Shown: positions 17,646 through 31,844, counted from the stretch's first letter. The stretch: DNA of 64,000 nucleotides from Escherichia coli (GCF_003334355.1 NZ_QOWP01000009.1), one strand, 5' to 3'. The notes: generated by a model from the letters alone, not told the origin. Numbers and translations are program-made.

Positions 17646-19967
17646 TTAACGTTTTTTGCCCATTGCCGCCGCCAGCGCATCCATCATCGCGCTATTACCG
17701 GCAGGCTGCGCTTCACGACCGCGTGGTTTGGCTGCCGGGCGGTTGTTTTGCGGGCGTTCATTACCGCCGCCGCGACGGGCGTTGGTTTCGCCAGGCTGCT
17801 CGTCCAGACGCATAGTCAGGGCGATACGTTTACGCTGAAGATCCACTTCCAGCACTTTCACCTTCACAATGTCGCCCGCTTTCACCACGGTATGCGGATC
17901 TTCCACAAACTTGTTCGACAATGAAGAGATGTGAACCAGGCCGTCCTGATGCACGCCGATATCGACAAACGCGCCAAAGTTGGTGACGTTGGTCACCGCA
18001 CCTTCGAGGATCATACCCGGTTGCAGGTCGTTCATTGTCTCGACGCCATCGGCAAACTGAGCGGTTTTAAATTCCGGACGCGGATCGCGACCCGGTTTTT
18101 CCAGCTCTTTGATGATGTCAGTTACTGTCGGCACACCGAATTTTTCATCAGTAAAGTCAGACGCTTTCAGGTTACGCAGTTCGCTGCTGTTACCCATCAG
18201 ATCTTTCAGTGCCTGCTGTGTTGCTGCCAGAATGCGTTCCACCACCGGATAGGCTTCCGGGTGGACGGTAGAAGCATCCAGCGGGTTATCACCGTGGTTA
18301 ATGCGCAAGAAGCCCGCGCACTGCTCGAAGGCTTTCGGCCCCAGACGGCTGACTTTCAGCAGTTGCTGACGGTTCTGGAACTGGCCGTTCTCATCGCGCC
18401 AGGCCACGATGTTTTGCGCCATCATGCGCGTCAGGCCCGCCACGCGGGTTAACAGCGGAACAGAAGCAGTGTTGAGATCGACGCCAACGGCGTTTACGCA
18501 GTCTTCTACTACTGCGTCCAGTTTGCGGGCCAGTTGCGTCTGGCTGACGTCATGCTGATACTGACCTACGCCGATAGATTTCGGATCGATTTTCACCAGC
18601 TCCGCCAGCGGATCCTGCAAACGGCGGGCGATAGACACCGCGCCACGCAGCGAAACGTCGAGATCCGGGAACTCCTGCGCTGCCAGCTCGGAAGCTGAGT
18701 AAACCGACGCGCCAGCTTCGCTGACGATCACTTTCTGTGCGGTCACTTTCGGGAACTGCTTCTGCACGTCGAGATAGAAACGTTCAGTTTCGCGGGAAGC
18801 TGTACCGTTGCCGATCGCCACCAGTTCAACGTTATGTTTTTCACACAAGGCAGCAACGGTCATCGCTGCTTTTGCGGCTTGTCCGGTGTGCGGGTAAATG
18901 GTATCGGTCGCTACCAGTTTGCCAGTGGCATCGACCACCGCCACTTTTACCCCAGTACGCAGACCCGGATCGAGGCCCATCGTTGCACGCAGTCCGGCAG
19001 GGGCCGCCATCAGCAGATCGTGCAGGTTACGGGCAAAGACGTTGATTGCTTCATCTTCCGCGCGTTCGCGCACGGTACCCATCAGTTCGGTTTCCAGATG
19101 CATCAGCACCTTGATGCGCCAGGTCCAGCTCACTACGCCTTTGCGCCAGCTATCCGCCGGGGCATTGTTCAGGCGCAGGCCAAGGTGATCCATGATGATT
19201 TGCTCGCAATAGCTCTCTTTGGGCGGCTCATCGAACTGCGGATCGGCATTCAGCGAAAGCTGGAGTACGCCTTCGTTACGCCCACGGAACATCGCCAGCG
19301 CGCGGTGAGAAGGCACCGTGGACAACGGTTCGTGATGATCGAAATAGTCGCGGAATTTCGCCCCTTCCTCTTCTTTACCGCTCACCACCGTAGAAACCAA
19401 ATGCGCGTTCTTCCACAGATAATCACGCACTTTCGCCAGCAGCGCGGCATCTTCGGCAAACCGTTCCATCAGGATATAGCGCGCGCCATCCAGCGCGGCT
19501 TTGGTATCTGCCACGCCTTTATCGGCATCAACATATTGTGCAGCGGCGACTTCTGGCGTGTGTGACGGATCGCTCCACAGCAGGTCAGCCAACGGCTCAA
19601 GCCCTGCTTCAATGGCGATTTGCCCGCGGGTGCGGCGTTTAGGTTTGTAGGGCAGGTAGAGGTCTTCGAGTTCGGTTTTGCTTAGGGTGGCGTTGATGGC
19701 CTTCGCCAGATCATCGGTGAGTTTGCCTTGCTCGGAAATGGACTTGAGGATCGCCTGACGTCTCTCTTCCAGCTCGCGCAGATAGCTCAGACGCGTTTCC
19801 AGATTACGCAGCTGCGTGTCATCCAGACCGCCGGTGATTTCCTTACGATAACGTGCGATAAACGGCACGGTATTCCCTTCGTCAAGCAGGCGAACGGCAG
19901 CGTCAACCTGTTCCGGGCGCGCCTGAATTTCACCCGCAATAATGCGGCAGAACGAATCATTCATCAT
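17646..19967 (-). CDS. tex: Transcription accessory protein Tex (YhgF)
   Basis: 773 aa; C-terminal S1 RNA-binding domain region; followed by a hairpin terminator. Confidence 0.93.
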   Translation of the reverse strand: MMNDSFCRIIAGEIQARPEQVDAAVRLLDEGNTVPFIARYRKEITGGLDDTQLRNLETRLSYLRELEERRQAILKSISEQGKLTDDLAKAINATLSKTELEDLYLPYKPKRRTRGQIAIEAGLEPLADLLWSDPSHTPEVAAAQYVDADKGVADTKAALDGARYILMERFAEDAALLAKVRDYLWKNAHLVSTVVSGKEEEGAKFRDYFDHHEPLSTVPSHRALAMFRGRNEGVLQLSLNADPQFDEPPKESYCEQIIMDHLGLRLNNAPADSWRKGVVSWTWRIKVLMHLETELMGTVRERAEDEAINVFARNLHDLLMAAPAGLRATMGLDPGLRTGVKVAVVDATGKLVATDTIYPHTGQAAKAAMTVAALCEKHNVELVAIGNGTASRETERFYLDVQKQFPKVTAQKVIVSEAGASVYSASELAAQEFPDLDVSLRGAVSIARRLQDPLAELVKIDPKSIGVGQYQHDVSQTQLARKLDAVVEDCVNAVGVDLNTASVPLLTRVAGLTRMMAQNIVAWRDENGQFQNRQQLLKVSRLGPKAFEQCAGFLRINHGDNPLDASTVHPEAYPVVERILAATQQALKDLMGNSSELRNLKASDFTDEKFGVPTVTDIIKELEKPGRDPRPEFKTAQFADGVETMNDLQPGMILEGAVTNVTNFGAFVDIGVHQDGLVHISSLSNKFVEDPHTVVKAGDIVKVKVLEVDLQRKRIALTMRLDEQPGETNARRGGGNERPQNNRPAAKPRGREAQPAGNSAMMDALAAAMGKKR

Positions 19968-20063
19968 GGTTTGAGTTCATCTTTTCGGATCAAAAATCAG
20001 GGGATAGTTATACGGACTGGCTGGCAAAAATGCCAGCCATCGGCAGGAGGTTAAGACTCTTCC

Positions 20064-20540
20064 TTACGGTTTCACGTACTCGATAGCATTAACATACCAG
20101 CTCGCTTCCCCGGCAGGGGTATTCACCACCGCCAGATCGCCGACTTCTTTTTTCAGCAATGCGCGGGCCATCGGGGAATCGATAGAGATGTAATCTTTAC
20201 GGCCAAAAATTTCATCGTAGCCGACAATACGGAAACGGTGAGTCACGCCATCGTCGTTTTCAATCTCCACCCACGCGCCAAAAAAGACTTTGCCTTCCTG
20301 CTGAGGGGAGTAATCGACGATTTTGAGATTTTCCAGGCATTTAGTGAGATAGCGCACGCGACGGTCGATTTCACGCAGACGCTTTTTATTATACTGATAG
20401 TCAGCATTTTCGCTGCGGTCGCCCAGACTTGCGGCCCAGGTCACCTTTTTTGTGACCTCCGGGCGTTCTTCACGCCAGAGATAATTAAGCTCTTGTTTGA
20501 GTTTTTCATACCCTTCCCGGGTAACCAGGGGCGTTTTCAT
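20064..20540 (-). CDS. greB: Transcript cleavage factor GreB
   Basis: 158 aa from the ATG at 20538-20540 (MKTPLVTREGYEKL...); ORF track starts 12 codons upstream. Confidence 0.93.
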   Translation of the reverse strand: MKTPLVTREGYEKLKQELNYLWREERPEVTKKVTWAASLGDRSENADYQYNKKRLREIDRRVRYLTKCLENLKIVDYSPQQEGKVFFGAWVEIENDDGVTHRFRIVGYDEIFGRKDYISIDSPMARALLKKEVGDLAVVNTPAGEASWYVNAIEYVKP

Positions 20541-20767
20541 CTCGTTGATTCCCTTTGTCTGTTTGATAATGCGCACATTGGGTATAACGTGATCATATCA
20601 ACAGAATCAATAATGTTTCGCCGAATAAATTGTATACTTAAGCTGCTGTTTAATATGCTTTGTAACAATTTAGGCTGAAATTCATACCAGATTTAGCTGG
20701 TGACGAACGTGAGCTTTTTTAAGAATACACGCTTACAAATTGTTGCGAACCTTTGGGAGTACAAACA

Positions 20768-22836
<2,069 letters not shown>

Positions 22837-22841
22837 ATAAA

Positions 22842-22870
22842 CGGGAGGCGAAGGTGCCTCCCGTTTTGCT
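22842..22870 (+). terminator. Terminator between convergent envZ and pck
   Basis: CGGGAGGCGAAGGTGCCTCCCG hairpin followed by TTTTGCTTT; AT-rich on the opposite side as well. Confidence 0.7.
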
Positions 22871-22911
22871 TTCTATAAGATACTGGATAGATATTCTCCA
22901 GCTTCAAATCA

Positions 22912-24534
22912 TTACAGTTTCGGACCAGCCGCTACCAGCGCGGCACCCGCAGGGGTGTCGGTGTATTTATCGAAGTTGTCGATAAACAGTTTCGCCAGGG
23001 TTTCGGCTTTTTCCTGCCACTGTTCCGGAGAAGCGTAGGTGTTACGCGGATCGAGAATCTTCGTGTCTACGCCCGGCAGTTCGGTTGGGATCGCCAGGTT
23101 AAACATCGGCAGAGTGAAGGTTTCTGCATTATCCAGCGAACCGTTGAGGATGGCGTCGATAATGGCGCGGGTATCTTTAATCGAGATACGTTTGCCAGTG
23201 CCGTTCCAGCCAGTGTTAACCAGATAAGCCTGCGCGCCCGCCGCCTGCATACGTTTCACCAGCACTTCTGCGTACTGAGTCGGGTGCAGCGACAGGAATG
23301 CCGCGCCGAAGCAAGCGGAGAAGGTTGGCGTCGGTTCGGTGATGCCACGCTCAGTACCGGCCAGTTTGGCGGTGAAGCCAGAGAGGAAGTGATACTGGGT
23401 TTGATCGGCAGTCAGGCGAGAAACCGGCGGCAACACGCCGAAAGCATCAGCAGTCAGGAAGATAACCTTAGTCGCGTGGCCCGCTTTGGAAACCGGCTTA
23501 ACAATGTTATCGATGTGATAGATCGGATAAGAAACGCGGGTGTTCTCGGTTTTTGAACCATCATCAAAGTCGATAGTGCCATCTTCACGCACGGTGACGT
23601 TTTCCAGCAACGCATCACGACGGATAGCGTTGTAGATTTCAGGTTCCGCTTCTTTCGACAGCTTGATAGTTTTTGCGTAGCAGCCGCCTTCGAAGTTAAA
23701 CACGCCGTCATCGTCCCAGCCGTGTTCGTCATCGCCAATCAGGCGACGTTTCGGGTCGGTGGAAAGGGTGGTTTTACCGGTGCCGGAAAGGCCGAAGAAC
23801 ACCGCAACATCGCCTTTCTCACCAACGTTGGCGGAGCAGTGCATAGAAGCGATACCTTTCAGCGGCAGCAGGTAGTTCATCATCGAGAACATCCCTTTCT
23901 TCATTTCGCCGCCGTACCAGGTGCCGCCAATCAGCTGCATGCGCTCGGTCAGGTTAAACGCCACGAAGTTTTCGGAGTTGAGACCCTGTTCTTTCCACTG
24001 CGGGTTAGTGCACTTCGCGCCGTTCATAACGATAAAGTCTGGTTTGAAACCTGCCAGTTCTTCATCGCTCGGGCGAATAAACATGTTTTTGACAAAATGC
24101 GCCTGCCAGGCCACTTCGGTGATGAAACGGACGGAAAGACGAGTATCCGGGTTCGCACCACAGAAAGCGTCGACAACGAACAGACGTTTGCCGGAAAGCT
24201 GCCTGGTCACCAGGCCTTTCAGATGCTGCCAGGTTTCCGGAGAGAGAGGTTTGTTGTCGTTCTTACCTTTGCCTTTGTCTGCCCACCAGAAAGTATCGCG
24301 AGTGGTATCGTCACGGACGATATACTTATCTTTTGGTGAACGACCGGTGAAGATCCCGGTATCGACGGCAACGGCACCCAGATTAGTTAACACCCCGCGC
24401 TCATAACCTGTCAGGCTCGGATCGAGCTCTTCCTGATACAGCAGGTCGTAGCTTGGGTTGTAAACGATATCATGTACGTCACTGATACCATAAGCCTCGA
24501 GTTCTTGCGGGGTCAAACCATTGTTAACGCGCAT
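22912..24534 (-). CDS. pck: Phosphoenolpyruvate carboxykinase (ATP)
   Basis: 540 aa from the ATG at 24532-24534 ([16 protein letters not shown]...); kinase motif 'GLSGTGKTT'. Confidence 0.96.
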   Translation of the reverse strand: MRVNNGLTPQELEAYGISDVHDIVYNPSYDLLYQEELDPSLTGYERGVLTNLGAVAVDTGIFTGRSPKDKYIVRDDTTRDTFWWADKGKGKNDNKPLSPETWQHLKGLVTRQLSGKRLFVVDAFCGANPDTRLSVRFITEVAWQAHFVKNMFIRPSDEELAGFKPDFIVMNGAKCTNPQWKEQGLNSENFVAFNLTERMQLIGGTWYGGEMKKGMFSMMNYLLPLKGIASMHCSANVGEKGDVAVFFGLSGTGKTTLSTDPKRRLIGDDEHGWDDDGVFNFEGGCYAKTIKLSKEAEPEIYNAIRRDALLENVTVREDGTIDFDDGSKTENTRVSYPIYHIDNIVKPVSKAGHATKVIFLTADAFGVLPPVSRLTADQTQYHFLSGFTAKLAGTERGITEPTPTFSACFGAAFLSLHPTQYAEVLVKRMQAAGAQAYLVNTGWNGTGKRISIKDTRAIIDAILNGSLDNAETFTLPMFNLAIPTELPGVDTKILDPRNTYASPEQWQEKAETLAKLFIDNFDKYTDTPAGAALVAAGPKL

Positions 24535-24912
24535 TTCACTGCTCCTTAGCCAATATGTATTGCCTGAATAGTAAAGTCTTTTTGGGGGTGTTAACCGCGA
24601 CAAGGCTCATAGATTTACGTATCTGGAGAAATTCATATTTGACAAAAAACTCCGTGATTCCTGTCACGAAACGGTTGCTATTATCGCAGAAATAGCATTT
24701 TAGGTGTGGAAAATGTTCTCAAAAGGTTAAATCTTGGTTTATATGGCGGGAATATTGTGAGTGGAATCGCATTCCTGAATGAAATTGATGCAAATTCAAC
24801 CGGTAAAGTATCGATTCACCACGCTAACTTTTTTTGATTATTTTCTGAAAAAAGCAAAATACTACTGCCCGGATGCGATAATTAACCCACCTTTTGATTC
24901 TGGATAACCAAC

Positions 24913-26637
24913 ATGGATAACGTTGAACTTTCACCCGCAACACGCTGGGGGATGATTGCTACCGGATTACTTCAGGGTCTGGTTTGCTACCTGCTGATCG
25001 CCTGGCTTTCCGGAAAAAATCACAGTTGGATTGTTTATGGCGTGCCTGCGACCGTCGCGTTTTCATCCGTTTTACTCTTCTCCGTGATCTCTTTTAAACA
25101 GAAGCGCCTTTGGGGATGGCTGGCGCTAGTGTTTATTGCCACGCTGGGGATGAGCGGCTGGCTGAAGTGGCAAACTGATGGCATGAACCCCTGGAGAGCT
25201 GAAAAGGCGCTTTGGGATTTTGGTTGCTATCTGCTGTTGATGGCAATGTTGTTGCTACCGTGGATACAACAAAGCCTTCGCATCCGCAATGACAGTAGCC
25301 GCTATCGCTATTTTTACCAGTCAGTATGGCATAACGTACTTATATTACTGGTGATTTTTCTCGCCAATGGCTTGACGTGGCTGGTGCTTTTACTGTGGAG
25401 TGAGTTGTTTAAACTTGTTGGCATCACGTTTTTCAATACGCTCTTTTTTGCAACCGACTGGTTTATTTATCTCACGTTAGGTCTGGTTACCGCGCTGGCG
25501 GTGATCCTCGCGCGAACACAGTCACGTTTAATCGACTCTATTCAAAAGTTGTTCACGTTAATCGCCACGGGGTTGCTGCCGTTAGTATCATTGCTAACCC
25601 TGATGTTTATCATCACCCTGCCGTTTACGGGCCTGAGCGCGATTTCTCGCCACATCTCCGCCGCCGGGTTGCTGTTGACGCTGGCCTTTTTGCAATTGAT
25701 CTTAATGGCTATTGTCCGCGATCCGCAAAAAGCGTCACTTCCCTGGACAGGGCCGTTGCGTTGCCTGATTAAAACCGCTTTGCTGGTTGCTCCGCTGTAT
25801 GTGTTCGTCGCCGCCTGGGCGTTATGGCTGCGGGTCGCTCAGTACGGCTGGACTGTCGACCGCTTGCAGGGCGTGCTGGCGGTGCTGGTGTTACTGGTGT
25901 GGTCGCTGGGGTATTTTGTCAGCATCGTCTGGCGTAAAGGGCAAAATCCCGTTGTTCTTCAGGGCAAAGTGAACCTTGCGGTTTCGTTATTGGTGTTGGT
26001 GATACTGGTGCTTCTTAATTCGCCGGTGCTGGACAGTATGCGCATTAGCGTGAACAGCCATATGGCGCGTTATCAGAGCGGCAAAAACACGTCAGACCAG
26101 GTAACTATCTACATGCTCGAGCAGAGCGGTCGCTATGGACGTGCTGCGCTTGAGTCGCTGAAAAGCGATGCCGGGTTTATGAAAGACCCGAAACGCGCGC
26201 GGGATCTGCTGATGGCGTTAGATGGAGAGCAACATCTTCAGCAACAGGTATCGGAAAAAGTATTAGCCGATAATGTGTTAATTGCCCCTGGTTCTGTTAA
26301 ACCTGATGCGACATTCTGGTCGGCCTTAATCCAGGATCGCTATAACGTGATGACCTGTATTGAAAAAGACGCCTGCGTCCTGGTCGAGCAAGATCTGAAT
26401 AGTGATGGTCAGGCGGAGCGGATCCTGTTTGCTTTTAATGATGACAGAGTCATTGTCTATGGCTTTGACTCAGACAGAAAAGAATGGGACGCGCTTGATA
26501 TGAGTTTACTTCCGAACGAAATAACGAAAGAAAAATTACTCACAGCTGCGAAGGATGGAAAACTGGGGACGAAGCCTAAAGCGTGGCGCGATCTTGTAGT
26601 GGATGGTGAAAGGCTGAATGTGAATCTGAATGAGTGA
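24913..26637 (+). CDS. yhgE: Uncharacterized polytopic inner-membrane protein YhgE
   Basis: 574 aa; about 430 aa of repeated hydrophobic helices, then a hydrophilic C-terminal domain of about 140 aa; no catalytic motif recognised. Confidence 0.8.
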
Positions 26638-26663
26638 CAAAGCGCATCAGGTGTATTAGTCGT

Positions 26664-26690
26664 AAAATCCGGCAGAGCCCTCTCTGCCGG
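26664..26690 (-). terminator. Hairpin between convergent yhgE and hslO
   Basis: CCGGCAGAGCCCTCTCTGCCGG hairpin; minus strand continues ATTTTACG. Confidence 0.5.
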
Positions 26691-26699
26691 ACATACTCA

Positions 26700-27578
26700 T
26701 TAATGAACTTGCGGATCTGCCGGAGACGCGTTGTTGCGGATTTCAGCAATATCCATCGCATTGAACAGATAGTGGTTACCGCAGTAATCACAATGCATGT
26801 CAATTTCGCCATCTTCCGCCAGGATGCTATCAACTTCTTCATCAGGCAGCGTTTTCAGCGCATCGGCGCAACGTTCACGCGAGCAGGTGCATTTGAACTC
26901 CACATCCTGCGGATCGTAAACCGTCACCTCTTCTTCGTGATACAAACGCCACAACACTTCGTTTGCCGGTAAGGTCAGCAGTTCTTCGGTTTTGATGGTT
27001 TCGGTTAGCGTCGCCAGGTGGTCAAAGTCGTCCTGCTGGGCATTTTGCGCAGGCATTACCTGCAACAACATACCGCCTGCAGCCGGTTTGCCGTCTACGT
27101 CGCCGGTGCGAATAAACAGGCGCGTCGGCAGCTGTTCAGAACGCATAAAGTAATCTTCCAGGCAGGCCGCCAGGGTATCACCTTCCAGACCAACTACGCC
27201 CTGATAGCGTTCGCCTTCGCTCGGGGTAATGGTGATCACCACGTAACCATTGCCGACCAGCGTTTTCAGGTCGGCATTTTCTGGAATTTCGCCCTGCACG
27301 CGCGCCACACCGCGCATCTGCTGGTTATTGTTACCGTTAATAACCGCCAGATTCATCGGACCGTCGCCCTGCAGCTGTACGGTGATATCACCATCAAACT
27401 TCAGCGTAGCGGTTAACAGGCTGGTCGCAACCAGCAGTTCTGCCAGCACGTTTTTAACGGGCTGCGGATAATCGTGGTTCTCAAGGATCTGTTGCAGGGT
27501 TTCCGAAACGGTTACCAGTTCGCCGCGCACGGCAAAGTTTTCAAACAGATAGCGATGTAATTGGTCATGTTGCGGCAT
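26700..27578 (-). CDS. hslO: Redox-regulated chaperone Hsp33
   Basis: 292 aa from the ATG at 27576-27578; C-terminal zinc centre CxC...CxxC ('CTCSRERC', 'CDYCGNHY'). Confidence 0.95.
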   Translation of the reverse strand: MPQHDQLHRYLFENFAVRGELVTVSETLQQILENHDYPQPVKNVLAELLVATSLLTATLKFDGDITVQLQGDGPMNLAVINGNNNQQMRGVARVQGEIPENADLKTLVGNGYVVITITPSEGERYQGVVGLEGDTLAACLEDYFMRSEQLPTRLFIRTGDVDGKPAAGGMLLQVMPAQNAQQDDFDHLATLTETIKTEELLTLPANEVLWRLYHEEEVTVYDPQDVEFKCTCSRERCADALKTLPDEEVDSILAEDGEIDMHCDYCGNHYLFNAMDIAEIRNNASPADPQVH

Positions 27579-27602
27579 AATCATCTCTCTTGCAGGTGAC
27601 AG

Positions 27603-28004
27603 TTATTCACTGTCGCCGTGTTTAAATCGTAACAGGTCGCGGCGCTCTTTTTTGTCCGGGCGTCGGTCCGGGTGCGGCATGGTTAAGGCATTAAGTTTAC
27701 GTGCCAGCGCCATTTTTTCGCGTTTCTCTACACTTTCCGCAGTCTCTTCATACAGCAAGGCTGCCTCGCTGGCGGGGCGACGCTGTTCAGTAATCGCCTT
27801 TACAATCACCGTGCGTTCGTCATTTCCCTGGCGCAGAGTGAGCGTGGCATTCAGCTCGACGATTTTGCTCGGCTTGCTGCGCTGCCCGTTGTAATGCACC
27901 TTACCGCCTTCAATCATTTCACGGGCCAGCGCGCGGGTTTTATAAAAACGGGCAGCCCATAGCCATTTATCCAGTCGAACCTCAACAGCAGGTTTTTCTT
28001 TCAT
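27603..28004 (-). CDS. hslR: Heat shock protein Hsp15 (S4-domain ribosome-associated protein)
   Basis: 133 aa, basic; immediately upstream of hslO. Confidence 0.93.
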   Translation of the reverse strand: MKEKPAVEVRLDKWLWAARFYKTRALAREMIEGGKVHYNGQRSKPSKIVELNATLTLRQGNDERTVIVKAITEQRRPASEAALLYEETAESVEKREKMALARKLNALTMPHPDRRPDKKERRDLLRFKHGDSE

Positions 28005-28014
28005 GGCGTCTCCT

Positions 28015-28683
28015 TCACATTAGCGAGGGGATCAGGCGGCGGTAGTCATTCAGTGACGGATGGCGTTGATACTGTTTCTCGGCAATCCCGGAATCAGGAT
28101 TAGTCACGCCGAGGCAGTAACGAATACCAAATTGCGCGGCAGCATCGAGAATCGCTTCGCTGTCATCAATAAACAGCGTTCTTTCAGCTTTCAGACCCGT
28201 AGCTTCGGCCACTGCATGCCATAACCGCTGATCCTCTTTCGGATAACCAAATGTGTGGGTGGAAAGTAATAAATCAAGGTGTGCGTCCAGACCCGTATGC
28301 TCAAGTTTTACCGACAGGTTGTGCGGATGCGCATTGGTGAGCAAAATTCGCTGCTTACCGCTGGCTTTCAGTGCCTCAAGAAACGGAATGGTATCTTCAC
28401 GCAGTACGGCACGCGGTCCCATCTCGGTGGTCATCGCACAGATATCCAGACCCAGTTGCTCACTCCAGTAATCAAGACAGTACCAGTTTAGCGTATGCTG
28501 TACGTCGTGATATTGCTGGCGCATATATTCCATCGCTTCCTGTGGCGTAACCCCGTTTTTCGCGCCCCATGTTTCAGGCACCAGCTTTTGCCAGAAATAG
28601 TTATCGAAGGCGAGGTCGAGCAACGTGCCGTCCATATCCAGCAGAACGGTATCTACGTCCTGCCAGGCAATGTTGATATGCAT
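28015..28683 (-). CDS. yrfG: HAD-superfamily nucleotidase YrfG
   Basis: 222 aa from the ATG at 28681-28683; HAD motif I 'DMDGTLLD'. Confidence 0.88.
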   Translation of the reverse strand: MHINIAWQDVDTVLLDMDGTLLDLAFDNYFWQKLVPETWGAKNGVTPQEAMEYMRQQYHDVQHTLNWYCLDYWSEQLGLDICAMTTEMGPRAVLREDTIPFLEALKASGKQRILLTNAHPHNLSVKLEHTGLDAHLDLLLSTHTFGYPKEDQRLWHAVAEATGLKAERTLFIDDSEAILDAAAQFGIRYCLGVTNPDSGIAEKQYQRHPSLNDYRRLIPSLM

Positions 28684-28747
28684 GAGGGAAATCTCCAGAG
28701 TGAAGCAATTTGCGCGACAGGGTAGCATAACCTGCCGCGCAAACGTG

Positions 28748-30883
28748 TTATTCGATAAGGCTTTCTGAAGGGGTGATCAGTTGCGGGTTCAGGCAGCTTT
28801 CATAATAGGCCTGAATCTCCATCATGCGAGTGCGATGACGCTGGTAACGACGCCAGGCCTGTACGCCATTGTAAATGGCGCTACCCAGCATCGTCAGTAG
28901 CAGCAATGTGGTGCTGAGATAGCGCCACAGGCCGGAACGATCCGGGATCGGATGAAGGCCAATATGCTGCGTACCATTGGCGTCAGTGAAGATTTTTGTG
29001 ACGATACCCTCGGCGTTAAACGGCGTATGCATCAGCATTTGTGCCAGTTTCTGGAAAGCGTTCCACTGTTCTTGCGGCGGGTAGTCGTAAAGTGATGCCG
29101 AAGGCCAGGGCTGATCAACAAAATCGCTGCCTTCGTCGCTGACAATCAGGAATCCGCCGGGGGCCGGACTGTTTAGTGATTGTGCCGCTCGCGCCGTTTC
29201 ATGCGTGATAAACGGCGCGGTGGAGGTTGCCACCAGGTTATCCAGCGATTCCGCACTCACCGGGCGTAATAACACATTCACGCCATCGAGCTTCCCGGCG
29301 TTGGCGCGTTTTACCAGCGCGTCCCAGTCTTTACTGTTGCCGAGATTGACCAGCGCATTTTTCAGTCGCACACAGTCATCTTTGGCAGAACATAAATCCG
29401 CTGTCTTCAGTACAATGTCGCCAAAATCATCAAGCAATACCATGCCGGATTTTTGAATTGCTGAACGTAATGAGGCACTGACGCGAGATTCATCTTCCGG
29501 TTTAGGGTGCAGCTGGCGATTAACTGCTTCAGTCAATGCCGTCGCTTTGTTGACCAGTTCAGATTCTGGTAATGGCAATGAGCGGGCGTCGTTCCAGATG
29601 ATCTGCGAGCAGTCAAACGGTAAAAAAGGTGAATTGGTTTTCGCGCTCCAGGTTCCGGAAGTTCGAATATTACACATTCCCGTACCGCTAATACGCAATG
29701 TATCGCCTACCCGCACGCCAGCGTCAGCCAGTTGTTTTACGCTGGTGGCTTCAATGGTCTGCGCGCCTTTCATCCATGAGAGAGTGAATTTCAGCGGCAT
29801 ATCCAGCGGGATCCAGAATAACAGCATAAACAGCACCAGCAGCGAGCCCGCAGCGATAATCGTACTGCGCAGCCAGTGCTGTAACGGAAAGTTTTTTACT
29901 TCATCATGCAGCGAAAGATATCGTCCCTGACGCACTACATGGCGGTCGAGATAGATATCGATATCGGTTTGTTGACCGAGATCCTGAGCAATGTATGGCT
30001 GCCAGTGTGCGGGATAGACCAAGTCGATAATACCGAGTGAAATATTGTTGATCTGTTCCTGATCGTTTTCGCCAAACAATCCCCAACGACGGGGTGTACC
30101 GCGCAGACAATGAATTTCCCGCAGGGAGGATTTTGCCGGGGGCGCGAATAGCCCCCACAGACCTGCGCCCAGCAGCAGTAACGCGCCGCCTGCCAGCCAC
30201 GGAACAAATACATCCGGGGTAATCAGGCAGAAAAAGAACATCAGGAAGGAGGCGACGATCAGCAACGCTTCACGCAGCCCGCGCGGACGACTCAGCGCAT
30301 ATTCTTCATGCGTTTCTTTGCGAATATTGAGTAGCTCGATTTGCTCACTCTCTTCCCCGCGAATCGACGCCTGCGTTGACGGAACAGGTTGCAAGGCATA
30401 GCTGCGAGTTTCCTGCATGTACTCCTGCAGCGTATGACCGTTGAGTGAAATAACCAGCGGCAGCGAATCGGTATGAATCAGTTCAACGGTATTCTCATCG
30501 TTGATGTACTGTTCCCAGAAAGGGGGCAGGTGGACTTCTACCGAATCGAGGTAGTAACGCCATTTATTCGGATCGTCGGTAGAGATGCCGTAACGCGTGA
30601 TAGCGTGTGTCAGCATCATGACGTTGTTGCTTTCGGCATTCAGCGCCAGAGAGATCGGTGCCGCGCTGGCTCCCGTTGGGCCAGGCACCTGTAATACCTG
30701 CGTCAGGCTCTCAAGATAATTTTCAACGGCGCTACGTTCTTCAGGTGTGAGTTTACGCGTTTGCGCATCCGCGAAGGCGTTGGTCCAGGGCAGCTGACGC
30801 CGTCTGGATCGCACTTTTATCAGCCATCCCGCAAGTAGTGAGCAGGCCAGCAAAGCAGCTAAAAAAATCACAATGGTGCTCAT
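28748..30883 (-). CDS. igaA: Inner-membrane regulator of the Rcs phosphorelay, IgaA (YrfF)
   Basis: 711 aa; N-terminal TM segment, large cytoplasmic and periplasmic domains. Confidence 0.92.
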   Translation of the reverse strand: MSTIVIFLAALLACSLLAGWLIKVRSRRRQLPWTNAFADAQTRKLTPEERSAVENYLESLTQVLQVPGPTGASAAPISLALNAESNNVMMLTHAITRYGISTDDPNKWRYYLDSVEVHLPPFWEQYINDENTVELIHTDSLPLVISLNGHTLQEYMQETRSYALQPVPSTQASIRGEESEQIELLNIRKETHEEYALSRPRGLREALLIVASFLMFFFCLITPDVFVPWLAGGALLLLGAGLWGLFAPPAKSSLREIHCLRGTPRRWGLFGENDQEQINNISLGIIDLVYPAHWQPYIAQDLGQQTDIDIYLDRHVVRQGRYLSLHDEVKNFPLQHWLRSTIIAAGSLLVLFMLLFWIPLDMPLKFTLSWMKGAQTIEATSVKQLADAGVRVGDTLRISGTGMCNIRTSGTWSAKTNSPFLPFDCSQIIWNDARSLPLPESELVNKATALTEAVNRQLHPKPEDESRVSASLRSAIQKSGMVLLDDFGDIVLKTADLCSAKDDCVRLKNALVNLGNSKDWDALVKRANAGKLDGVNVLLRPVSAESLDNLVATSTAPFITHETARAAQSLNSPAPGGFLIVSDEGSDFVDQPWPSASLYDYPPQEQWNAFQKLAQMLMHTPFNAEGIVTKIFTDANGTQHIGLHPIPDRSGLWRYLSTTLLLLTMLGSAIYNGVQAWRRYQRHRTRMMEIQAYYESCLNPQLITPSESLIE

Positions 30884-31202
30884 GCTTTCCCCATCTTACT
30901 TAGTCTGTCAGGCGTGGTCAGTCGCACCGGACACAATACATGATTCTGCGGTTGGCTATCGGCAAGCGTGGAGTTTAACTTGAGCATCATTAAGCACATC
31001 ACAGTAACCGCTGATCATAGCAAACCCTCTGAAGGCGGAATATCAGCAAATTCCTGGAGTTATTTCAACCTATTGACTTTTAATTTGATTTGAGGACGAT
31101 TATTTATTAAGTTACATAAATGTAAATAACATGCAATTCACATTGCCGAAAGCGTGTCCGATATCGCACAATAACCGCTGATTTCACAGCATAGATCCCA
31201 CG

Positions 31203-31763
31203 ATGAGCAAATCATTACAAAAACCCACCATTCTGAATGTTGAAACTGTAGCCCGTTCCCGACTGTTTACCGTCGAGAGCGTGGATCTGGAGTTCAGCAA
31301 TGGCGTGCGGCGTGTTTATGAACGAATGCGTCCAACCAACCGGGAAGCAGTGATGATTGTGCCGATTGTGGACGATCACCTGATCCTGATCCGCGAATAC
31401 GCAGTGGGAACTGAATCCTACGAATTAGGTTTTTCGAAAGGATTAATTGATCCGGGTGAAAGCGTCTACGAAGCCGCTAACCGCGAGCTAAAAGAAGAGG
31501 TTGGATTTGGAGCGAACGATCTGACTTTTTTGAAGAAGCTCAGCATGGCACCGTCTTACTTTTCCAGCAAAATGAATATCGTGGTAGCGCAAGATCTCTA
31601 CCCGGAATCACTGGAAGGCGATGAGCCAGAGCCGCTACCACAGGTGCGCTGGCCGCTGGCGCATATGATGGATTTGCTGGAAGACCCTGACTTCAATGAA
31701 GCGCGCAATGTCAGTGCGCTGTTCCTCGTGCGCGAATGGTTGAAAGGGCAGGGGCGAGTGTAA
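31203..31763 (+). CDS. nudE: ADP-compounds hydrolase NudE (Nudix)
   Basis: 186 aa; Nudix box 'GLIDPGESVYEAANRELKEEVG'. Confidence 0.93.
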   Translation: MSKSLQKPTILNVETVARSRLFTVESVDLEFSNGVRRVYERMRPTNREAVMIVPIVDDHLILIREYAVGTESYELGFSKGLIDPGESVYEAANRELKEEVGFGANDLTFLKKLSMAPSYFSSKMNIVVAQDLYPESLEGDEPEPLPQVRWPLAHMMDLLEDPDFNEARNVSALFLVREWLKGQGRV

Positions 31764-31844
31764 ATGCGTGAAGTTTGCCTGATGCACAATGTTTATCAGG
31801 CTTATGGGGTTTCTGCAATTTATTGAGTTTTCACGATTTTGTTA

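Noticed and set aside
18834-19565. 243-aa ORF on the plus strand
   Set aside because: Antisense to tex; shadow ORF.
20003-20063. Possible terminator hairpin between greB and tex (GGCTGGCA...GCCAGCC)
   Set aside because: A hairpin is present but lacks a following U-tract on the transcribed strand; not convincing as an intrinsic terminator.
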